Translations under genes and position numbers: made by a program
DNA from: Neocallimastix sp. 'constans'
Lineage: Eukaryota
Reading direction: 5' to 3'
DNA length: 64,000 nt
Assembly: GCA_050613775.1 (NCBI GenBank)
Contig: JBODTK010000125.1
Location: 248,001-312,000, forward strand
In this document: one piece after another, positions 16,473 through 27,200 of the stretch
How positions within the stretch are numbered: position 1 is the stretch's first letter
How the letters are laid out: every line of letters starts with the position of its first letter
The notes under the pieces: model-generated
Told to the model about the DNA's origin: nothing
The model's database searches: none
What the model saw: the letters and a program-made list of their open reading frames with translations, nothing else

Positions 16473-16548
<76 letters not shown>

Positions 16549-16881
16549 TTACCAGACTCATACCATACCATTTATCATATTGGGACACTTGTGCAAGACT
16601 TTTGAATAAAATTACCAGATTACGTGAGAAATCCATAATATTATTTGGAATTAAATTTTAACCAGTAAGATACTATATTATAATATTCAGTTTACTCGAC
16701 GGCACCACTACAATTGGAGAGAGCCAGTTCGACTTTACATACAATATTATAATAGAAATATCTTTTTATTAGAACATCTATTTCAAATATCATTATTTAA
16801 AATATTCAAAAGTAAATAATAAGTTACAAATTGAACGAAGTTGAAGATTTAATTCAAAAATTCGAAAACCTTGATTTAGAA

Positions 16882-19800
16882 ATGAACCAAGCAAATAATC
16901 AAGGCTTCTTAAGAAACACTCAGAAAACAGTAAATGATCCACCACTGTTTTCTGGTATCAAGAGGGAATTCGACGGGTTCCTAACCAGAGCCGAAATTGC
17001 TATGGAATCCAACCCACATGGAATTAATAATGACATCGCAAAAGTCAAATTCTTAATTTCTTATTTAATTGGAGAACCTTTAGACTGGGCTTCGTCTTTG
17101 AGACGCAACAATGACGAAATTTTGAATTCCTATGAAAATTTCATTAATGAACTTAGAGCTCGTTATGGTGAAGAAGAAGTTAATACTGTAATTGCTAATG
17201 GGAAACTTTGTTCAATCCGTCAACATAAGTTTGGCCGCGTTAACGATTACATTAATGAATTCAATAAAGTTGCAAGAAACTCAGACTTCAACGAGTCTGC
17301 AAAAATATACATGTTTATCAAAGGATTACATTATAAAATGAGAGAACATCTTGCCGTGGTCAATCCGAACCCAAACAATTTAAGAGCTTTGTTTACTGAC
17401 GTTATTAGCATTGAGAGTTTAACCAAAAGACACAGTATTAATGAATTTTATTTTCATCAATACAATCACCGAAACAACGCTAGTTCCAGTACACAACTCA
17501 CTAATAATGATCCCATGGAAGTTGACCTCTATCGAATCAAGAGAGGTCAAAGGAATACCAACTATTTCCCATCCAACAAGAAATTGTACCAGGAGAATGT
17601 TAACTCTAAGGAAGAAGAAAGAAGAAAAGGTCTTTGCTACTATTGTAAGCAACCAGGGCATCTTAAATTTAATTGCCCGAACAAGAAGAGGCCCGCTACA
17701 GTTAAAATGATCAACAAGAAAGAAAGAAATGATAATATTGCATCTACTAGCTTAAGAAGAATCAGAAGAATCAACAGCCAAGAAGATATTTTGAAAGTCA
17801 GAAAAATTGTTGAAGAGCAAAACTCACTCTTGACCAAGAAAAGTAACATTATTGATTTTTATATCAAAACAAACGATACAGAAGAAGTAAAGGCAAGAGT
17901 TTTGATTGATTCTGGATCAGATCTTAACTTTATTCACCCAGAATTTGCGAAGGCTTTTGGAATCAAAACCCAACAAATTGAAGAACCATTCCGTGTTACT
18001 GGTCTTGGTTACGGAATATCAACAGTTAAAAAGGAAACGGAGAAGTGCATTTTACGTTTAAAAAATCACTTAGAAATCATTCAATTGTATGTACTCAGAA
18101 TTCCTGATGTTGATATTATTTTAGGTCTACCTTGGATTGAGAAGCATTCGCCTTATAATTACCACGACGCAAAGAAGATCTCCTTTGGCTCAGGATTTTG
18201 CGCTAGACACTGTAATAACGGTAAAAGAAAAAGAAAGAACAAGATCAAGAACAAGAAAAAGAACAAAGGAAAAGAATCTGCTACCGACTTGGAAGAAAAT
18301 AAAATTATTGAAGACTCAAGAAAAAGAAAATCTTTCTTTGAATCCGATTCCGAATCTGATTCTGAAGAAGAAATTTCTATTCGTGGCCGCCGAACTCGTA
18401 TTAGAACTTGTACTGAATTTATTAATAGTGATAGCGATAGTGATATTAATGATACTTTTATGTTAGATAATTTTAGTGATAGCATTAGTGATAGCGATAA
18501 TTTTAGTGATAGTGATGATATTATTGTTATGAATTGTGATAGTAAAATTAGTAAAAATAGTTTAAAGATCTTAAAGAAAATTTGTGAATCAAGTAAATGT
18601 AAGAAATTAAATGTAATTGAAAAATGTAATAATGAAAATAATAATTTAAATAAAGATGATGAAAAGGTCGAAGTACCTGAAATCTATTTGATGTTTAAAG
18701 AAGTGTTTAATGAAAATAATTGTAATGTGTTACCTCCGCATCGTAATTATGATTGTGAGATTAAATTAAAAGATAATTGTAGTTTATTTTATGGACCGTT
18801 GTATCCTTTAACTGAGACGGAGAGAGAAGAATTAAAGAAATATTTAGAAGAAAATTTAAAAAAGGGTTTTATTAGAAAATCTTCTTCTCCCGCTGGAGCA
18901 CCTATTTTATTTGTTAGAAAAAAGGATGGTACATATAGATTAGTTATTGATTATAGAAAATTAAATGAAATGACCATCCGTAACTCTTACCCTCTTCCTT
19001 TAATTAGTGAATTGTTGGATAGAGTTAAAGGTGCTAAATATTTTACTAAGTTAGATTTAAAATCTGCCTATAACTTAGTAAGAATTAAAGAAGGTGACGA
19101 GTACAAAACTGCCTTTCGCACAAGATATGGGCACTTTGAATATCTCGTTATGCCTTTTGGGCTTAAGAATGCCCCTGCTACATTCCAACATTTTATAAAT
19201 GATGTTCTCAGTGATTACTTAGATGATTTTGTAATCTCTTATATTGATGACATTTTAATTTATTCTAATACTTTAGAAGAACATCATGTACATGTCAAGA
19301 AAGTTTTAAGAAAATTGTTAGAGAATCATTTAGTTGTTAAATTAGAAAAGTGTGAATTTGATGTAACTGAAACTACTTTTCTTGGTTATGTTTTATCAAG
19401 AGATGGAATTGAAATGGATAAAGAAAAAGTTAAAGCAATTTTAGATTGGCCTGTTCCAACAAACGTTAAAGAAATTCAATCGTTTATTGGACTTTGTAAT
19501 TATTACAGAATTTTTATTAAAGACTTTGCGAAAATTGCAAATCCTCTCCACAAATTAACTAGAAAAAATGTTCCTTTTAATTGGAGTTCTGAACAACAAA
19601 AAGCGTTTGATACTTTAAAAGAATTATTTACTACTGCTCCTATTTTGAAACATCCTGATAGCAACAAACAATTCATTGTTGAAACTGATGCTAGTAATTT
19701 TGCTGTTGGTGCAATTCTTTCTCAGGAATTTGATGGGCATTTGCATCCAATTGCTTTTATTTCTACTAGCTTAACTAAATCCCAAAGAAATTACCCTATC

Positions 19801-21651
19801 TATGACAAAGAACTTCTTGCTATTAAAGTTGCATTGGAAGGATGGAGACATTACTTAGAAGGAGCTCGCCATCAGTTTATTATTTATACTGATCATAAGA
19901 ATTTAACTTTCCCTCGAAAACCTGAACTTCTTTCCCAACGCCAAATTCGTTGGTATGAATTCTTATCTAGATTTGATTTTAAACTAATTTACAGAGCTGG
20001 TAAAAAGTCAGGTAAACCAGATATTTTATCAAGACGTAGTGATCATTTATTTGCTAGTGTTCGTCCTATTTCATGCGTTATTAATTCATGTAGTTTTAAG
20101 AATGATTCTTTAATCTCCTCTATTCATGATTCTCTAGCTAATGATGAATTCTATTGCAAAATAACTGAATTTCTTAAAAATGATAATTCAAAAGATCCCC
20201 CTTTTAGTAAAATCGATAAATTTTCTCTTGACAAAAATGGTTATTTACTTTTTGAAAATTTAATTTATGTTCCCAATAAAATTAGAATAAGAGTTTTAGA
20301 ACTCCATCATGACTCTATTTCTGCTGGTCATTTTGGAATTAATAAAACTATTGAACTTATTTCTCGTAATTTCTGGTGGCCTAAATTACAAAAAGATGTT
20401 AAAATGTTTATTAAATCTTGTGAAATTTGTTCAAAATCCAAAATCCCAAGACATAAGCCATATGGTTTACTTTCTCCACTTTATACACCAAATAGAGCCT
20501 GGTCTGCTATCTCTATGGATTTTATTGTTGAACTTCCGAAATCCAAAGATATGACCACTATAATGGTTGTTGTGGATCGCTTAACTAAAATGGCTCATTT
20601 TATACCATTTAGATGTCTTCCTACTGCTTCTATTGCTGCTGATTCTTTCATTGCTAATATTTTTAAACTTCATGGTTTCCCCGATTCTATTATTTCTGAT
20701 CGTGGTTCTCAATTTACCTCTGATTTTTGGAATCGTCTTTGCTCTCTTTTAAATATTAAGCATTCTTTTTCTACTGCTAATCACCCGCAGACTGATGGTC
20801 AAACGGAGAGGGTGAACTCGATATTGGAACAATATCTTCGTTGTTTCATTAACGAAAAACAAAATAATTGGTTTGATTTATTACCTTTTGCAGAATTTTC
20901 TTATAACAATACTTTACAACAATCAATAAATCAATCACCATTTTTTGCAAATTATGGATTTAATCCAAAGTTTAATCCTGAGATTCCTTCAAACGAGAAT
21001 CCACATAGAGCTGAAAAAAGAATATTGAATATTAACGAAAACATAAAGTTTTTAAAAGAAAATTTAGAACAAGCGAAAAAGACTTATAAAAAATATGCAG
21101 ATTTAAAAAGAATAGATTCTCCTGATTTTAAAGTAGGAAATAAAGTTTATCTTTTAAAGGGTAATACAACAAAGAAAAATAAAAAATTATCTGATCAACT
21201 AATAGGACCCTTTGAAATCATTAGAAAAGTTAGTGATTTAGCGTATGAACTTAAACTTCCTAATAATATGCGCTGTCACCCTGTATTCCATGTTTCGCTC
21301 CTCGAACCTTACCATGAAAATGAATTCCCAAACAGAAGAAATACTCGTAGAAGAAATATTAATCTTACTACGGATACAATTAATAGAAGTCCTGAAAGAA
21401 TAATTAAAATGAAAACTTTTAACAATAAAAATCGTTACTTGATTAAATGGAAAGGATGCGATTCTAATGAAAATACTTGGATCGATGAAGATCAAATTTT
21501 TGATAAACAATTAATACAAGAATACTATAGAAAAGAAAAGAAGAATAAATCTTCGAATATTAACAATGAATTTTGCCAACTACCTGAAGATTCGAACGAG
21601 TACTATGTTAGGCATAAATATCAACCTTTTGTGATCGATCTTCCTTCCTAA
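16882..21651 (+). CDS. Gag-Pol polyprotein (gag, CCHC knuckle, aspartic protease, RT, RNase H, integrase, chromodomain)
   Basis: Motifs CYYCKQPGHLKFNC, LIDSGS, MPFGLKNAPATFQ, YIDDILI, ETDAS, H..GH..CEIC, SDRGSQF, GPF and RYLIKWKG....NTW. First ATG at 16882; the frame is open from 16831. Confidence 0.95.
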   Translation: MNQANNQGFLRNTQKTVNDPPLFSGIKREFDGFLTRAEIAMESNPHGINNDIAKVKFLISYLIGEPLDWASSLRRNNDEILNSYENFINELRARYGEEEVNTVIANGKLCSIRQHKFGRVNDYINEFNKVARNSDFNESAKIYMFIKGLHYKMREHLAVVNPNPNNLRALFTDVISIESLTKRHSINEFYFHQYNHRNNASSSTQLTNNDPMEVDLYRIKRGQRNTNYFPSNKKLYQENVNSKEEERRKGLCYYCKQPGHLKFNCPNKKRPATVKMINKKERNDNIASTSLRRIRRINSQEDILKVRKIVEEQNSLLTKKSNIIDFYIKTNDTEEVKARVLIDSGSDLNFIHPEFAKAFGIKTQQIEEPFRVTGLGYGISTVKKETEKCILRLKNHLEIIQLYVLRIPDVDIILGLPWIEKHSPYNYHDAKKISFGSGFCARHCNNGKRKRKNKIKNKKKNKGKESATDLEENKIIEDSRKRKSFFESDSESDSEEEISIRGRRTRIRTCTEFINSDSDSDINDTFMLDNFSDSISDSDNFSDSDDIIVMNCDSKISKNSLKILKKICESSKCKKLNVIEKCNNENNNLNKDDEKVEVPEIYLMFKEVFNENNCNVLPPHRNYDCEIKLKDNCSLFYGPLYPLTETEREELKKYLEENLKKGFIRKSSSPAGAPILFVRKKDGTYRLVIDYRKLNEMTIRNSYPLPLISELLDRVKGAKYFTKLDLKSAYNLVRIKEGDEYKTAFRTRYGHFEYLVMPFGLKNAPATFQHFINDVLSDYLDDFVISYIDDILIYSNTLEEHHVHVKKVLRKLLENHLVVKLEKCEFDVTETTFLGYVLSRDGIEMDKEKVKAILDWPVPTNVKEIQSFIGLCNYYRIFIKDFAKIANPLHKLTRKNVPFNWSSEQQKAFDTLKELFTTAPILKHPDSNKQFIVETDASNFAVGAILSQEFDGHLHPIAFISTSLTKSQRNYPIYDKELLAIKVALEGWRHYLEGARHQFIIYTDHKNLTFPRKPELLSQRQIRWYEFLSRFDFKLIYRAGKKSGKPDILSRRSDHLFASVRPISCVINSCSFKNDSLISSIHDSLANDEFYCKITEFLKNDNSKDPPFSKIDKFSLDKNGYLLFENLIYVPNKIRIRVLELHHDSISAGHFGINKTIELISRNFWWPKLQKDVKMFIKSCEICSKSKIPRHKPYGLLSPLYTPNRAWSAISMDFIVELPKSKDMTTIMVVVDRLTKMAHFIPFRCLPTASIAADSFIANIFKLHGFPDSIISDRGSQFTSDFWNRLCSLLNIKHSFSTANHPQTDGQTERVNSILEQYLRCFINEKQNNWFDLLPFAEFSYNNTLQQSINQSPFFANYGFNPKFNPEIPSNENPHRAEKRILNINENIKFLKENLEQAKKTYKKYADLKRIDSPDFKVGNKVYLLKGNTTKKNKKLSDQLIGPFEIIRKVSDLAYELKLPNNMRCHPVFHVSLLEPYHENEFPNRRNTRRRNINLTTDTINRSPERIIKMKTFNNKNRYLIKWKGCDSNENTWIDEDQIFDKQLIQEYYRKEKKNKSSNINNEFCQLPEDSNEYYVRHKYQPFVIDLPS

Positions 21652-21688
21652 AGTTAATCTCGCAGGAGCTCGACTTAAAGGGCGAGAT

Positions 21689-22460
21689 TGTAAAGATATT
21701 ATTAATATCTTTAAATAATTTTAATTAAATTTAATCATAAATTTAAGTAAAAATTAAAATAAATTTATTTGAAATCACGTGTATAAAATTATTGAAAATA
21801 TTTTTAACATAATTCCGATTTTTTCCCAATCATACTAATAAATTAAAAATTTCTCTTGTGAAACTAGTATTTGAAAATCATTTCTTTTTATGTAATTTAA
21901 TTTAAATAATAAGAGTTAAGGTTTTTCACAAGATAAATTAACAACATGAAACTATGCAATTAGTCATGTTGAAACTTACGGCATTTTATGCTAAATTTAT
22001 ATTAAATAATTATGACAACTTTTATATTATTTTTAAATAGAAAATATATAATAAATTTACTAATAATATTTAAATAATAAATAAATAATAAATGAACTCA
22101 ATTAGAATTGATTATATTTATTTTAGTTATTAATTATAATTCTCTTTATTTAGTAATAGTTAATTATTTATTATTAGTTTAGGTTAGTACTGTTTTAAAT
22201 AAATAGCTAGATAATATAATTCAATAGGAATTATATATTATAAATGCAATAAGATAAAAATATAAATAGTTATCAAATTTCATGTATTTTAATCGATGTA
22301 ATTGTTATTAACGATTTCTTGTTAATAACACTTTAAAATAAATAAAGATTTTAATATTTAAAAAATTAATAAAACTTGTTCTTTAAAACTATTATTTTGT
22401 GTTTTAGTGTTATTATTGAAGTGTTGATTTATAATCTATTTTTTTTATCAAAACTTTATA
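21689..22460 (+). repeat. Gypsy A 3' LTR
   Basis: Follows the PPT and matches the 5' LTR by eye. Confidence 0.95.
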
Positions 22461-23424
22461 ACTGTTTATTGATTTAACAAAATTAATTGAATATACTTTT
22501 AAGAAAAATTGATTATGTTTATTTGATATTATTTCTTGGATGATATTATAATTTTCATCCATAATTAATAATTTAACTTTGTTGTTTTCAAATGTTGTAA
22601 ATGCTTTTATACCAATTTTAGCTAATTCTATGGCACTGATTATGTTTTTGGTAATTTCTTTAGAGTATAATACTCTTTTTAAATGATATTTTCTATCTTT
22701 AATTTTGAATTCATATTCTCCGTAACCTTCATATGTAAAGTAGGTTCCGTTGGCACATCTTAATTTATTTGGTTCTCTTATGAAATTTTTTAATATTGTC
22801 AGATTATTAGTTATATGTTCACATGCTCCGCAATCGTATAACCATTCGGTTTTGTTTTCGGTTTCTTTTATAATTTCTGAAATTTCTTTATCAAATTTTA
22901 TCCTATCATGTTCTTCTGGTTTTTCTTTTGTATCATCATTTTCTTTTTCTTCTTCTATTACGTTTTCTAACATTTCTTTTTCTTCTTCTTTTTCTTCTGT
23001 TTCTTCTTCTATTACTTCTTTTATTATTTCTTCTTCTTCCTCTTCATTGATGATTGCATCAATATTTCCTGTGTATATTTTTAATTTTGTGAAGTCTTCT
23101 CCTTCGTCATCTGACTCTTCAAAATTTGTTTTTTTTATTTCATCAATGAATTTGTTTCTAAATTCTTTCTTGTGGTAGTTCTTTTTGGGCCAATTGCTGT
23201 TTTTGGTTTTTAGGTTATAAAAGCATTCTTTAGTTGAATGACCATATCTATCACAAATATGACAGTATTTTTCAACTTCTTTTTGTTTTCTTTTAATTTC
23301 ATTATGTTTTTCTTTTTCTGATTTGCTTTTTGCAAATCCTTTCTTTTTGAATCTTCTAATTTCATCTATCTCCATTGGATCATCGTTATAAAATTCTTCA
23401 TCGATGTTCCAATTTTCGAGATAG
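22461..23424 (-). pseudogene. Copia-1 middle fragment (gag zinc knuckle, acidic linker, protease)
   Basis: Motifs CHICDRYGHSTKEC and WLYDCGACEHIT. In frame with both neighbouring fragments. Confidence 0.9.
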
Positions 23425-24196
23425 TATAAAGTTTTGATAAAAAAAATAGATTATAAATCAACACTTCAATAATAACACTAAAACACAAAATAATAGTTTT
23501 AAAGAACAAGTTTTATTAATTTTTTAAATATTAAAATCTTTATTTATTTTAAAGTGTTATTAACAAGAAATCGTTAATAACAATTACATCGATTAAAATA
23601 CATGAAATTTGATAACTATTTATATTTTTATCTTATTGCATTTATAATATATAATTCCTATTGAATTATATTATCTAGCTATTTATTTAAAACAGTACTA
23701 ACCTAAACTAATAATAAATAATTAACTATTACTAAATAAAGAGAATTATAATTAATAACTAAAATAAATATAATCAATTCTAATTGAGTTCATTTATTAT
23801 TTATTTATTATTTAAATATTATTAGTAAATTTATTATATATTTTCTATTTAAAAATAATATAAAAGTTGTCATAATTATTTAATATAAATTTAGCATAAA
23901 ATGCCGTAAGTTTCAACATGACTAATTGCATAGTTTCATGTTGTTAATTTATCTTGTGAAAAACCTTAACTCTTATTATTTAAATTAAATTACATAAAAA
24001 GAAATGATTTTCAAATACTAGTTTCACAAGAGAAATTTTTAATTTATTAGTATGATTGGGAAAAAATCGGAATTATGTTAAAAATATTTTCAATAATTTT
24101 ATACACGTGATTTCAAATAAATTTATTTTAATTTTTACTTAAATTTATGATTAAATTTAATTAAAATTATTTAAAGATATTAATAATATCTTTACA
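23425..24196 (-). repeat. Gypsy B 3' LTR
   Basis: Reverse complement of the gypsy A LTR. Confidence 0.95.
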
Positions 24197-24233
24197 ATCT
24201 CGCCCTTTAAGTCGAGCTCCTGCGAGATTAACT

Positions 24234-27200
24234 TTAGGAAGGAAGATCGATCACAAAAGGTTGATATTTATGCCTAACATAGTACTCGTTCGAATCTTCA
24301 GGTAGTTGGCAAAATTCATTGTTAATATTCGAAGATTTATTCTTCTTTTCTTTTCTATAGTATTCTTGTATTAATTGTTTATCAAAAATTTGATCTTCAT
24401 CGATCCAAGTATTTTCATTAGAATCGCATCCTTTCCATTTAATCAAGTAACGATTTTTATTGTTAAAAGTTTTCATTTTAATTATTCTTTCAGGACTTCT
24501 ATTAATTGTATCCGTAGTAAGATTAATATTTCTTCTACGAGTATTTCTTCTGTTTGGGAATTCATTTTCATGGTAAGGTTCGAGGAGCGAAACATGGAAT
24601 ACAGGGTGACAGCGCATATTATTAGGAAGTTTAAGTTCATACGCTAAATCACTAACTTTTCTAATGATTTCAAAGGGTCCTATTAGTTGATCAGATAATT
24701 TTTTATTTTTCTTTGTTGTATTACCCTTTAAAAGATAAACTTTATTTCCTACTTTAAAATCAGGAGAATCTATTCTTTTTAAATCTGCATATTTTTTATA
24801 AGTCTTTTTCGCTTGTTCTAAATTTTCTTTTAAAAACTTTATGTTTTCGTTAATATTCAATATTCTTTTTTCAGCTCTATGTGGATTCTCGTTTGAAGGA
24901 ATCTCAGGATTAAACTTTGGATTAAATCCATAATTTGCAAAAAATGGTGATTGATTTATTGATTGTTGTAAAGTATTGTTATAAGAAAATTCTGCAAAAG
25001 GTAATAAATCAAACCAATTATTTTGTTTTTCGTTAATGAAACAACGAAGATATTGTTCCAATATCGAGTTCACCCTCTCCGTTTGACCATCAGTCTGCGG
25101 GTGATTAGCAGTAGAAAAAGAATGCTTAATATTTAAAAGAGAGCAAAGACGATTCCAAAAATCAGAGGTAAATTGAGAACCACGATCAGAAATAATAGAA
25201 TCGGGGAAACCATGAAGTTTAAAAATATTAGCAATGAAAGAATCAGCAGCAATAGAAGCAGTAGGAAGACATCTAAATGGTATAAAATGAGCCATTTTAG
25301 TTAAGCGATCCACAACAACCATTATAGTGGTCATATCTTTGGATTTCGGAAGTTCAACAATAAAATCCATAGAGATAGCAGACCAGGCTCTATTTGGTGT
25401 ATAAAGTGGAGAAAGTAAACCATATGGCTTATGTCTTGGGATTTTGGATTTTGAACAAATTTCACAAGATTTAATAAACATTTTAACATCTTTTTGTAAT
25501 TTAGGCCACCAGAAATTACGAGAAATAAGTTCAATAGTTTTATTAATTCCAAAATGACCAGCAGAAATAGAGTCATGATGGAGTTCTAAAACTCTTATTC
25601 TAATTTTATTGGGAACATAAATTAAATTTTCAAAAAGTAAATAACCATTTTTGTCAAGAGAAAATTTATCGATTTTACTAAAAGGGGGATCTTTTGAATT
25701 ATCATTTTTAAGAAATTCAGTTATTTTGCAATAGAATTCATCATTAGCTAGAGAATCATGAATAGAGGAGATTAAAGAATCATTCTTAAAACTACATGAA
25801 TTAATAACGCATGAAATAGGACGAACACTAGCAAATAAATGATCACTACGTCTTGATAAAATATCTGGTTTACCTGACTTTTTACCAGCTCTGTAAATTA
25901 GTTTAAAATCAAATCTAGATAAGAATTCATACCAACGAATTTGGCGTTGGGAAAGAAGTTCAGGTTTTCGAGGGAAAGTTAAATTCTTATGATCAGTATA
26001 AATAATAAACTGATGGCGAGCTCCTTCTAAGTAATGTCTCCATCCTTCCAATGCAACTTTAATAGCAAGAAGTTCTTTGTCATAGATAGGGTAATTTCTT
26101 TGGGATTTAGTTAAGCTAGTAGAAATAAAAGCAATTGGATGCAAATGCCCATCAAATTCCTGAGAAAGAATTGCACCAACAGCAAAATTACTAGCATCAG
26201 TTTCAACAATGAATTGTTTGTTGCTATCAGGATGTTTCAAAATAGGAGCAGTAGTAAATAATTCTTTTAAAGTATCAAACGCTTTTTGTTGTTCAGAACT
26301 CCAATTAAAAGGAACATTTTTTCTAGTTAATTTGTGGAGAGGATTTGCAATTTTCGCAAAGTCTTTAATAAAAATTCTGTAATAATTACAAAGTCCAATA
26401 AACGATTGAATTTCTTTAACGTTTGTTGGAACAGGCCAATCTAAAATTGCTTTAACTTTTTCTTTATCCATTTCAATTCCATCTCTTGATAAAACATAAC
26501 CAAGAAAAGTAGTTTCAGTTACATCAAATTCACACTTTTCTAATTTAACAACTAAATGATTCTCTAACAATTTTCTTAAAACTTTCTTGACATGTACATG
26601 ATGTTCTTCTAAAGTATTAGAATAAATTAAAATGTCATCAATATAAGAGATTACAAAATCATCTAAGTAATCACTGAGAACATCATTTATAAAATGTTGG
26701 AATGTAGCAGGGGCATTCTTAAGCCCAAAAGGCATAACGAGATATTCAAAGTGCCCATATCTTGTGCGAAAGGCAGTTTTGTACTCGTCACCTTCTTTAA
26801 TTCTTACTAAGTTATAGGCAGATTTTAAATCTAACTTAGTAAAATATTTAGCACCTTTAACTCTATCCAACAATTCACTAATTAAAGGAAGAGGGTAAGA
26901 GTTACGGATGGTCATTTCATTTAATTTTCTATAATCAATAACTAATCTATATGTACCATCCTTTTTTCTAACAAATAAAATAGGTGCTCCAGCGGGAGAA
27001 GAAGATTTTCTAATAAAACCCTTTTTTAAATTTTCTTCTAAATATTTCTTTAATTCTTCTCTCTCCGTCTCAGTTAAAGGATACAACGGTCCATAAAATA
27101 AACTACAATTATCTTTTAATTTAATCTCACAATCATAATTACGATGCGGAGGTAACACATTACAATTATTTTCATTAAACACTTCTTTAAACATCAAATA

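Larger units (their letters stand above)
14875..22460 (+). mobile_element. Ty3/gypsy chromovirus, full-length copy A
   Basis: 772-bp LTRs at 14875-15646 and 21689-22460. TSD ACTGT at 14870-14874 and 22461-22465. PPT AAAGGGCGAGA at 21677-21687. Intact single ORF. Confidence 0.97.

Noticed and set aside
16831..16881. TTG start assigned by the ORF track for gypsy gag-pol (also 29054)
   Set aside because: Eukaryotic context, so the first in-frame ATG at 16882 (29003 in copy B) was preferred.
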